From positions 1 to 38,842 of the forward strand of contig JBFMGO010000046.1 in the NCBI GenBank assembly GCA_040752695.1: a stretch of DNA of 38,842 bases, in the 5' to 3' direction. Numbering within the stretch: the first letter of the stretch is position 1; every line of letters starts with the position of its first letter. A program made the position numbers and the translations under genes. The notes under the pieces are model-generated. The model saw nothing but the letters and a program-made list of their open reading frames with translations. It searched no databases and had not been told where the DNA came from. Source of the stretch: a bacterium. Lineage in GTDB: Bacteria > SZUA-182 > DTGQ01. Positions 17,404 through 26,932 of the stretch are shown piece after piece.

Positions 17404-19266
17404 TTATTCTTCCCCGTAGGGTTTTCGAACGGTAAATTCCAGTTTCCAGCGGTTCTGCTCGTCTCTGGTGACAAACCACAGCTCCAGCGTTCCGATTTCC
17501 GTAAGATGTGCATGAAGGCGGACCGGAATAACGGCACCTTCCTTTCCCTCCAAAGATAAATGTGCTTCGAGGGCATTCAACTCCTCGATTTCACCCGGTG
17601 GATTTTCAATCAGATCTCCCACCTGATCCTTGCGCCTGGTCGATGAGGCGAAAAAGCGGAATTCTGCAGGTTCTCCCACAATCAGGCCAAATTCCTGTCT
17701 GGGGATCTCTACTTCCGTTCCCTCCTCCATACCGAAAGGCACGACACACAAATTCTTGATCGGAGGGGGAAATCCAGGCACCGAGGGCATGGAGGTTTCG
17801 ATACCGATATAATAAGAGCGGGCAGCGCCTCCGCGAATGCGGACCCCCTGTCCAAGTCGGGCCAGCCCATAGGAAGCAGCCCCATGAGCGACGGCAAGAT
17901 CGAGGTTTGTTTCCTGCAAAACCTTGAGCGGTTTTCCTCCCTCGGCCTCGATCCAGGAATTCAGGATCTCGACCAGCCGCTTCTGGAGAAGTTGCGCTTT
18001 AAAAACACCGCCGTTAAAAAGAATGGCCGTGGGATGAACGAATTTTTTGCCGGGATTTACCTCCTTAAGTTGCGGCATGTTTTCCAGAGCGCGGCTCTGT
18101 GCTCCAAGGAACCGGGCCAGATGCCGCGTAACCGCTGCATCAGCCGCATATGGCAATCCCCATTCCTGAAGTCCGGTGGCCCTTTGCGTTCTGGGGCGAT
18201 CCTCGGCCCTGCATTCGGGGAAGAATCCCTCAACCAGAACCGATTCCACCATCCGGCGGCTCAGGTGCGTGGTAAGGGTCCCGCCGATCAGGCTGCTCCC
18301 CCGGCCAGGGATCGTGATGGCACACTCCTGGCAGTCGGGATCATTCAGGATGGTTTCCTTGGCCAGACGGCAATTTTGCCAGAGGACCCGGTTTTGCCAG
18401 GTATCGAGCCCCGCTGCCATACCCTCTTCTTTCATCTTGTTTTGAAGAGCTACCGCCAGGGCCAGATCCATGTTGTCGCCGCCGAGCAGAATATGCTCGC
18501 CTACTGCCACCCGGTTAAGGACAAGGTTGCCCTCTTCCTCGGATACGGCAATCAGGCTGAGGTCCGTAGTCCCCCCGCCGATATCGCAAACTAAAATCAG
18601 GTCTCCGACCGTCACCTTGCCCCGCCATTCATCATTCATCCGGATCCAGGAATAAAAGGCCGCCTGTGGCTCTTCCAGCAAGATGGCATTTTCAAGGCCG
18701 GCCATTCTGGCTGCCTCCACGGTCAATTCCCTGGCCATGGCATCAAAAGAAGCAGGCACAGTCAAAAAGAGCTGCTGATGCTCGAGGAAATTATCCGCAT
18801 CATCCTCCCCCATCAGGTAGTTCCAGGTTTCCCGGATATACTGAAGGTAGCGCTTCGATGCCTCTAAGGGCGAGACCTTCTCGATTTCCGCAGGACTGCC
18901 CCAGGGCAAAATAGGGGCCTTACGATCCACCTCGCCGTAGCAGAGCCATGACTTGGCTGAGGAAACCATCCGCTGAGGCACCTCCGCCCCCCTTGTTCTT
19001 GCGAGTTCACCAATGGCAAAGGTGCGGTCAGGGTCCCAGGGCAGAGACAGACTCCCGCCGCTCAGCTCATACTGCCCGGGCAGGTAGAGAAAAGAAGGCA
19101 GGAGGTTCCGGTTCTCCACCGACCCCTCGTGGACCAGTTGGGGAATCTGAAGATAGTGAATCTCATATCCCCCCCTTTCGTTTACCGGTGCACTGGTATC
19201 AACGAAGCCTGCCGCACAATTGGTAGTACCAAGATCGATACCTACGATATATCGTGAATTAATCAA
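17404..19266 (-). CDS. Atypical Hsp70-family protein (shorter paralog)
   Basis: GIDLGTTNC, TVPASFDA, LLEEPQAAFY, DIGGGTTD, LGGDNMD. Likely TTG start at 19266 behind AGGAGG; the ORF track starts at 19350. Confidence 0.85.
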   Translation of the reverse strand: MINSRYIVGIDLGTTNCAAGFVDTSAPVNERGGYEIHYLQIPQLVHEGSVENRNLLPSFLYLPGQYELSGGSLSLPWDPDRTFAIGELARTRGAEVPQRMVSSAKSWLCYGEVDRKAPILPWGSPAEIEKVSPLEASKRYLQYIRETWNYLMGEDDADNFLEHQQLFLTVPASFDAMARELTVEAARMAGLENAILLEEPQAAFYSWIRMNDEWRGKVTVGDLILVCDIGGGTTDLSLIAVSEEEGNLVLNRVAVGEHILLGGDNMDLALAVALQNKMKEEGMAAGLDTWQNRVLWQNCRLAKETILNDPDCQECAITIPGRGSSLIGGTLTTHLSRRMVESVLVEGFFPECRAEDRPRTQRATGLQEWGLPYAADAAVTRHLARFLGAQSRALENMPQLKEVNPGKKFVHPTAILFNGGVFKAQLLQKRLVEILNSWIEAEGGKPLKVLQETNLDLAVAHGAASYGLARLGQGVRIRGGAARSYYIGIETSMPSVPGFPPPIKNLCVVPFGMEEGTEVEIPRQEFGLIVGEPAEFRFFASSTRRKDQVGDLIENPPGEIEELNALEAHLSLEGKEGAVIPVRLHAHLTEIGTLELWFVTRDEQNRWKLEFTVRKPYGEE

Positions 19267-19394
19267 TTGAAAATCCTCCTTGAAAAAGCTTTGAAGGCCG
19301 CAACTTTCTTGATTAACTCCTTTTTTGTTTTGTCTGTAATGGCCACTCATGGTCGTTCATGGTTACTCATGAATCGAGTCACTGCTCACGAGCG

Positions 19395-19883
19395 TCATTT
19401 TTTTTCCGGAGGTTTTGTAACCTCTATTTCGGCGGGGGCGATTATTGTCGGGTCATGACCCTTGGCCAGATCCGGGAGACGGGCGCTCTTCACCCTCCAT
19501 CCGTGATGCTTTAATATCCCGGTAAAGGGAGGATCACCGATAACATAGCCGCTCAATCGAATAACAGCCGGGTTAACTCCCTTTTCGACCGTTACCGTGC
19601 TCCCCTCCGGTTCTTTCCTGACAGGCTCGATCGAGAGGATATCTCCCAGCGCTTTTCTACACCCCTCGTGTACGGTTCTCACAGCAGCGCCAATCTGATA
19701 ATCAGAATAGGCGGAAATATCTTCCTGAAGAAAATCGATCAATCGGCCCTCTCTCTGTAAAAGAGAAAGCACCTGGATCCCCTCAAGGGGGGCTCCGGAA
19801 AGAACGTTCTGGATTCTCCTCGCCTTTTCATTACTCTTGAGTACGGAAAAAAAACTTCTGAAAGCCAAACCCAAGCGCCCCAT
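19395..19883 (-). CDS. DUF2760-like protein, a usual companion of this Hsp70 pair
   Basis: LSLLQREGRLIDFLQEDI...IGAAVR...PPFTGILKHHGW...IIAPAEIEV. SD AAGGAGG upstream. Confidence 0.8.
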   Translation of the reverse strand: MGRLGLAFRSFFSVLKSNEKARRIQNVLSGAPLEGIQVLSLLQREGRLIDFLQEDISAYSDYQIGAAVRTVHEGCRKALGDILSIEPVRKEPEGSTVTVEKGVNPAVIRLSGYVIGDPPFTGILKHHGWRVKSARLPDLAKGHDPTIIAPAEIEVTKPPEKK

Positions 19884-20260
19884 TCATCGCCTCCTTAACT
19901 TTCACAAGAGTCTTTAGTATATCGTTTTCGGCCAGCAAAACTCACATTTCATCATATTTACTTTTTTCTTACAATGAGTTCTCCCCCTTAAGAGGGGGAA
20001 TAATAAATTATAGCATAAAAAGCACGATATGGATATCTTCTCGGTAGATAAAACAACATTTTATTTTGGAGGAAAGGGGGAAATAATGAAAGGGAGTTTA
20101 GAGTCTTATACATTTAGGGCTATTTCGTGCAGTGAGAGCCGATATCAAAATAAAATTTTTTTATCTATGGACACAGGAGTGGAACGGATCGTATAATTCA
20201 AAGGAGGGCAAAAAATCCCATAAGGCAAATTTCGGTTATTAAAGAGGACCAGGGCTTATC

Positions 20261-20815
20261 ATGGACCGTGAGCTTCAACTCATTCTCAAGTATTTGCATG
20301 CAGAGTGCGGGTTTGACTTTTCCGGTTATCGCTCCCCGACGGTTGATCGCCGGGTAAAACAAAGATTGGCAGCCACCAGGAGCAGCAGTTTTTCCGAATA
20401 CCTGAGATATCTTGAAAAGAGCCGGGATGAGCTTGACCATCTCTTGAGTACGCTGACGATCAAAGTCAGCAGGTTCTTTCGGGACACTTTGACCTTCGAA
20501 TATATAGCCAACGAGATTCTCCCGACCCTGATTTCAGAAAAAATACGAAATGACAATCATTCCTTGCGGGTCTGGTCTGCGGGCTGCGCAACCGGAGAGG
20601 AAGCTTACTCTATGGCCATTCTCATTCACGGCCTGAAGGAAAAAGATGTCCCCCCATTGAACCTGCACATTAATATAATATTCGCTAAGCTCTATCGATC
20701 ACTCGCTGAAAGCGGGTACCTGATTCTGGGAAAAGCGGAATCTCCAATCATAAAATATCAAAAGTGTTTTAGAAAAATAAACGGTTATGGGCAAGTATAC
20801 CAAAAGAGAGGGTGA
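20261..20815 (+). pseudogene. cheR: CheR-type protein-glutamate methyltransferase with internal deletion
   Basis: GFDFSGY, SRFFRD and VWSAGCATGEEAYS are present, but the sequence jumps from LNLHI to NIIFAKLYRSL...GYLILGKAES. The TDI and RNVLIYF segments are missing. Confidence 0.75.
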
Positions 20816-21033
20816 ACAAGTAAAAGAATAAGTAGGTGAATTGACGAACCGGTATGCAGTGGAAAATACGCTTGTTGCCTATTTAGGATGTGCTTTCGTT
20901 TTACTTCATGCCTCAAGCCGCGTTGTTTCTCCCCGATAATTCCCGCGATCCTTTATCATGAGCTTTTTTAGCATCCCGCATCAGATGTTTTCATGCCGTT
21001 ATACGTTTCTATACATTTTCCCGGAGTTACACT

Positions 21034-23411
21034 ATGGAAAAAAAGATCCAATTCAAAAGTATCAAACTGCGCCTGGCCTTTTGGTTTCTTGTTATGGCCT
21101 TGCTGCCATTGATCATAGTCTGCAAAATTAATTATGATATGGGAGTAGATTTCAGCACGATCAAAGAGGGCCACAAACTGGCCGCAATCAGGGACCTCAA
21201 GGTACAGCAGGTGAATAGATGGCTTGACCACAGAATAAGCGATATCCGGGGGATTGCCGAAGATGATTGCATAAGAGAAATTGGGGAACTTCCCGGCACC
21301 GGGGAGCACCCCCGGAATGATCTTGCCTTTCATCACGCCAGGGAGAATTTAGACCGTTTCGTCAGAAACTCTCCGAATTTTTTTGACTTTTTTATTATCA
21401 ATCCCCGTTCCGGACGGGTTGAAATCTCTACCGACAGATCGCTGGAAGGGGAGAATCGTTCGGACAAATCATACTTCACCATGCCTCTGCAAACCGGCCA
21501 GGTATATATAGAGACGTATTATTCGAAATACCTCGACAAACCCGCCCTGACTTTTTCCCTCCCGATTTACTCCATGGACGACCGTGACCGGCATATTTTA
21601 GGCATACTGGCCGGCCGGATCAACCTGGAGGATTCACTCTACGATATGCTGCTGAATCGCTCAGGTATGGGAGAAACCGGTGAAACTCTCGTTGTTGGCC
21701 AGGACGGTATGGTCTTGAATGAATTGAGGTGGTACGAGAAAGCGCCTTTTAAATTAAAGGTTGATGGTGGAGTGGCAGGCCGGGCTTCGCGAGGAGAGAC
21801 CGGAATTGTTGAAGCGACTGATTACAGGGGAGAAAAGGTATTAGCTGCCTACACCTTTATCCCACGGACCCATTGGGGCTTTGTGGCCAAGCAGGATTTA
21901 AGGGAAATCTATGCTCCCAGCAGATTAATACTCCGGTATACCCTGATACTCCTTTTGATTTCGATAATCGGCATTTCTGTGGTTGCCTCCCTTCTTACCA
22001 GAACCATTACCCGGCCAATCCTGGAAATGACCCAGGTTGCAAAGAGAATAGAGCAGGGAGATCTCTCGGCGCGAAACCGCACGGCAAGAGCTGACGAGTT
22101 AGGGTACCTTGCTCAGGCATTCGATACTATGGCCGATTCTATCGCCTCCAATATGGCCATACAGGAGGGGGGGCAGCTATAGTCAGAACAATGGTGTCTG
22201 CCGAACACCTGGTGGATTTCGGGAAGGAACTCCTCAAAAAGCTTGTAGAAACCACTGGTTCCCACTTTGGCGCTTTTTACCTGCTGAATGAGGATGGCAA
22301 AAGATTCGAGCACCTGACTTCCATAGAGATCAATCCGGAGATTCAGGAGCCCTTTTGTGCTGAGAAAAACGAGGGGGAATTCGGCAGGGCTCTGGCAACC
22401 GGAAAAATATCACGGATTACTCATATTCCGCCTGATACGGCTTTTACTTTTAAAACATTCATGGGAACGGTGCTTCCCCGGGAAATCGTTACGATCCCCA
22501 TTATGGTCAGGGAAAAGGTAGCGGCTGTCATATCCCTGGCGGCCCTCAACGAGTATTCAAAAGAAGGGCTGGAGATTTTAAATCAAACCTGGATGATTAT
22601 GAACACCGCTTTTTCAAATCAGATGGCCGGTGCACAGATGCAAAAACTTGCCGGAGAGCTCAGATCAAAGAATGAACAGTTGCAGTCACAGACCGAAGAG
22701 CTGCAAACACAGGCAGAAGAACTTCAGCAGCAATCCGAAGAGCTACTTGAGCAGAATGCTGAACTGGAGGCCCAAAGGTCTCAGGTTGAAGAGGCCAACC
22801 GATTGAAACGTGTATTCCTGTCCAACATGAGCCATGAACTGAGGACTCCCTTGAACTCTATTATGGCGCTTTCCCGCGTTCTTCTCATGCAGGCCATTTC
22901 GAAACTCTCCCAGGAAGAAGGAAAATACCTCGAAATAATCGAGCGTAATGGGAGAGAGCTTCTGGCACTCATCAATGATATCCTCGATCTGTCCAAGATA
23001 GAATCCGGAAAAAGGGATATGACCCCAAAATCCCTGTCACTTGCCTCGGTTATTGAAACACTCGTTGAATGTCTTGAGCCTCTCGCTCAGGAAAAGGGCA
23101 TCGAAATCAAGGTCGATCTTCCTGACCACCTGCCGCAGATAGAAAGCTCCGAAGAGAGAGTGCATCAAATTCTTCAGAATATCATGGGAAATGCAGTAAA
23201 ATTTACCGAACAGGGCAGCATAACCGTTTCTGCCAGCCATGATGCCCACTATGTCTCCATGAAAATCGCCGATACCGGCATAGGAATAGCCGAGAAGGAT
23301 TTGCCGCACATTTTCAAAGAGTTTAGGCAGGTCGATGGTTCTTCATCCAGGCAATATGGAGGGACGGGACTTGGACTGGCCATCGCTTCTAAGGCTGCCC
23401 AATGCCCATAG
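21034..23411 (+). pseudogene. Cache-HAMP-GAF-coiled coil-histidine kinase, frameshifted at a G7 tract and C-terminally truncated
   Basis: ORF 21034..22182 (TM-Cache-TM-HAMP) and ORF 22191..23411 (GAF, FLSNMSHELRTPLN, GGTGLGL) join if the G7 tract at 22167-22173 gains one G. The protein stops just after the G2 box. Confidence 0.75.
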
Positions 23412-23567
23412 ATCCGGAACATATAATGCAGAAGATAGGTGAATGGGTTAAGTACAGGTAGCGGGAATTACGCGGCCGCCTGTTTAACGCTGCCTGTACT
23501 AAAGATGAGCTCGTGAATGAGCGAGTGAGCAAGTAAAGTAAGTGAGCAAGTGAGTGAAGGGGAAATT

Positions 23568-25450
23568 ATGATAAAGATTTTAGCTGTCGATGACAGGGAA
23601 GACAATCTCATAACCATCTCAGCTTTGCTGAAAAATGTTATTCCTGACTGCATAGTCCTGACTGCACGATCAGGAATTGAAGCTCTGAAAAAGGCAACGA
23701 CGGAATTGCCCGATACGATTCTCCTTGACATTAGAATGCCGCAGATGGATGGATTTGAAGTTTGCCAAAAGCTGAAGGCCCACGAATCTACAAAGCATAT
23801 TCCTGTCCTTTAGATGAGGCCGAGTTGGCCGCACAGGTCAGAGCAATGCTTCGCATCAAAAGGGCGGAAGATAACCTGCGCCAGAAAAAAGACTGCCTGG
23901 AAAAACTCGTACAGGAGCGGACAAAGCAACTGAGTGAGAGCGAAGAGCGCTACCGCATCTTGTTTAACCGTGCCAGTGACGCTGTATTTGTTTATCACCT
24001 GATCACGGAAGTAATACCCGGCCAGTTTGTCGAGGCCAACGATACCGCCTGTCAGATGTTCGGCTACTCAAAAGAAGAATTGCTGCAGCTCTGTATTCTG
24101 AATATAAACGGCCCGGAGAGCCTGGGCGATGTTCTTTCCTTCAGTGAAAGGCTCATAATCGAAAAACATGTTATCTTCGAGACGGAGTGCCTGACGAAAG
24201 CAGGTCGAAGACTCCCTGTTGAAATCAGCGCGCATCTTTTCGATTTCAAAGGACAACCCACTGTCTTATCGATCGTTTGTGATATCACCGAGCGTAAGAG
24301 GATAGAGCAGGAGGTACAGAAGAGCCAGAGGCTTGAATCTCTTGGTGTCCTTGCCGGCGGTATTGCCCATGATTTCAATAATCTGTTGACTGCCATCTTG
24401 GGGAATCTCACCCTTGGCAAAATTTATGCCCAATCCGGCAAGACCGCCCTGACAGCATTGACAGCATTGACAGCGGCAGAAAGGGCGTGCCAGCAGGCAA
24501 AAGGGCTGACTCAGCAATTAATCACCTTTTCCAAAGGCGGGGAGCCGATTAAAAGGGCCGCTTCTATCTCGAAGTTGCTGAGAGATGCAGTAACCCTTAT
24601 CTTAAGCAGTTCCGGAGCGAGATGCGAGTTGTCCCTTCCGGATAACCTCTTTTGGGCTGAAGTCGATGAGGGGCAGATAAGCCAGGTCATTAACAACGTC
24701 TTGATCAATGCTGACCAGGCTGTACCTTCAGGCGGGCTTATTGAGGTGCGGGCTTTGAATGTAATCGTCAGGGCAAAAGATGGCTTACCTTTAAAAGATG
24801 GTAAGTATATAAAAATATCGGTTAAGGACAATGGTGCCGGAATACCGGAAAAATACCTTCAGAAGATATTCGATCCTTATTTTACTACTAAATCAGGAGG
24901 GAACGGTCTGGGTTTAGCCATTACCCATTCTATTATTAAAAAGCATAACGGCTGCATCAAGGTGGAGTCAGGGACAGGAGCAGGAACGACTTTCCATATC
25001 TACCTCCCTGCTTCAGAAAGAGAGCTTTTTACTGAGGAAGACATCGCCAGGGAAAAGGTTCTTTTTGGCCGGGGGAAAATTTTATTCATGGATGACCAAA
25101 AAAGCATTCGGGATACTGTCGGTGAGATACTGACTTATCTGGGATATAAAGTTGAGTTTGCCGAAGACGGCTTTGAAGCAATCTCCCTGTACAAACATGC
25201 AAAGGAATCGGGGCAGAATTTCGATGCTGTTATCCTGGACTTATCAGTGCCCGAAGGAATGGGAGGCAGGGAGGCTATCCAAAAACTTCGTGAGATAGAT
25301 CCGGAAGTCAAGGCAATTGTTACCAGTGGTTATTCTCATGATCCCATAATGTCCGAATACAAGGTATACGGTTTTCATGATGTGGTTACCAAACCTTATG
25401 CAATCGAAGAAATAAGCAGGGTACTCCACAGGGTAACTCTGGCAAAATGA
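23568..25450 (+). pseudogene. Receiver-PAS-histidine kinase-receiver hybrid, broken within the first receiver
   Basis: MIKILAVDD...LLDIRMPQMDG...HIPVL* continues in another frame as PLDEAELAAQVRAML, PAS, GIAHDFNNLL, HATPase and a C-terminal receiver. The beta4-alpha4 part of the first receiver is absent. The downstream part could still be expressed from an internal start. Confidence 0.7.
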
Positions 25451-25719
25451 ACCCCGTGTTAAAGACCTGGTATACACAATATATACATAAAATAACCATC
25501 GTCTTTACATAATTTGTAATCTCATGTATAATATGTTTTCGTAGGCAATTACATACCCATAGGTAATACATACCTCATATATGTACCCTATCCGGAAGGA
25601 CCCTCATTCAAAGGACTCCGCTCTGGATAAGACTGTCGCCCGAAAGCTGAGAAAAGCTTTTGGCAAGTAGATAATACTATTAAGCATTATTGAATCCCCA
25701 GTTTTGGAGAATAATAACT

Positions 25720-25863
25720 ATGAATAAAAACTTTCTCTTCTTCTTTCAATCCGCGTCGGTCTTCACTCTGTGCATGATTCGAAAATGCGATCGGAGCACC
25801 TACTCGCTCACCCTGACCGTTATTACGGTTGCACTCATGGTTCTGGGCTTTCTGTGTGCCTGA
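25720..25863 (+). CDS. Putative 47-aa small membrane protein (MNKNFLFFFQSASVFTLCMIRKCDRSTYSLTLTVITVALMVLGFLCA)
   Basis: Translated by hand. GGAGA SD at 25706-25710, hydrophobic C-terminal helix. Confidence 0.4.
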   Translation: MNKNFLFFFQSASVFTLCMIRKCDRSTYSLTLTVITVALMVLGFLCA

Positions 25864-25908
25864 TTGAACGAGCTTTGATTTCTCTGTCTCATGAGAGAGT
25901 CCCTCTTG

Positions 25909-26517
25909 TCAGGGAGAGAGCACTTCGATTATCCCGTGCATGGTTTCAGGAATCGTAAATCCCATCCTCATGGGAACAACGAAAGTCAGGACCAGTGACA
26001 GCAGGATGACGCTCAAGGCGATAGTATCCGATCTTTTCCATTTGAAGGACTTCTCATCGGAAGTATGGCTGTTTTCGGCCAACTCACTGCTCAAGTGAAC
26101 TACGCAACTGCTGGCCTTTACTGTACCAAAGGCACGGGGCATCATCTCGGCTATCTTGATCAGACCTTCGAATTTAAAGATCCGCAGCGCTCTTACCAGA
26201 TATAATTCCGGATTCGCTATGGCAAAAGCGATGGAGTGGTGTGAAACAACATCGATGCAGAGCCCCACAAAAAGAAATGACAGATCAAATTTGCAATGGG
26301 AGAGCGAGATGACGATATCCTGCCATGAAAATCTGGAAGAAATTTTAATTCTTTTATACATCTCAAGAAGAAGATGAGCCAATACCCATATGGCAAAATA
26401 AAACAGGCCGCAGGCGAGAGCAATAACAGCCGCTCCTCCCACATAGATAATAAGGAAAATTTTTCTTGTGTCATGAGTAACGACAAAGAATTCCACATTT
26501 TGCTTTATCCATTCCAT
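25909..26517 (-). CDS. Hypothetical integral membrane protein, 202 aa
   Basis: AGGGGA SD upstream and about three hydrophobic segments. No family recognised. Confidence 0.65.
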   Translation of the reverse strand: MEWIKQNVEFFVVTHDTRKIFLIIYVGGAAVIALACGLFYFAIWVLAHLLLEMYKRIKISSRFSWQDIVISLSHCKFDLSFLFVGLCIDVVSHHSIAFAIANPELYLVRALRIFKFEGLIKIAEMMPRAFGTVKASSCVVHLSSELAENSHTSDEKSFKWKRSDTIALSVILLSLVLTFVVPMRMGFTIPETMHGIIEVLSP

Positions 26518-26842
26518 CTTTTATCCCCTGGTTGATTTTTCAGCCTGCCCGTGTTTGGATAGATACTGCCTCATCATGCTGTTTGCATTTTCAAGAGCAA
26601 AAACAGTACCAGGAAAATTGTTTTTCTTCCGATACAGTATACCACTGCATAAAGAAGAAGAAGGATTGTCAATATATCCTGATGAAACGTGTCAGGAGAC
26701 CTTTCTCCTGTATAAAATATATAACCATTGTATAAACTTATTGTTTAAAAATTAAGCTGCGAAGTTCATCCGGTAGGCATTTCGAAAGGATCTCAAGGCA
26801 GTGGCCATTTCCAAAAATCGAGTTGGCCAGCTGGCATTACAG

Positions 26843-26898
26843 CCAGGCACTGTCAAAAAGGAGGGGCATCTATCGCACTCTTTTTTGACAGTGCCTGG
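26843..26898. terminator. Long inverted repeat downstream of the pil/Ig-lipoprotein operon
   Basis: ccaggcactgtcaaaaaggag (26843-26863) and ctcttttttgacagtgcctgg (26878-26898), 20/21 complementary, about 35 nt after the stop at 26933. Confidence 0.5.
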
Positions 26899-26932
26899 TG
26901 CTGCCTTTATTGCGTGGAGGGTATATCGCCAA

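Noticed and set aside
17884..18594. 236-aa + strand ORF (also 29480..30301, 28572..29150 and other antisense ORFs)
   Set aside because: Shadow ORFs opposite well-supported genes, with no recognisable motifs.
13254..19266. Calling the Hsp70 genes dnaK or hscA
   Set aside because: They lack the canonical substrate-binding domain and the dnaJ/grpE or isc context.
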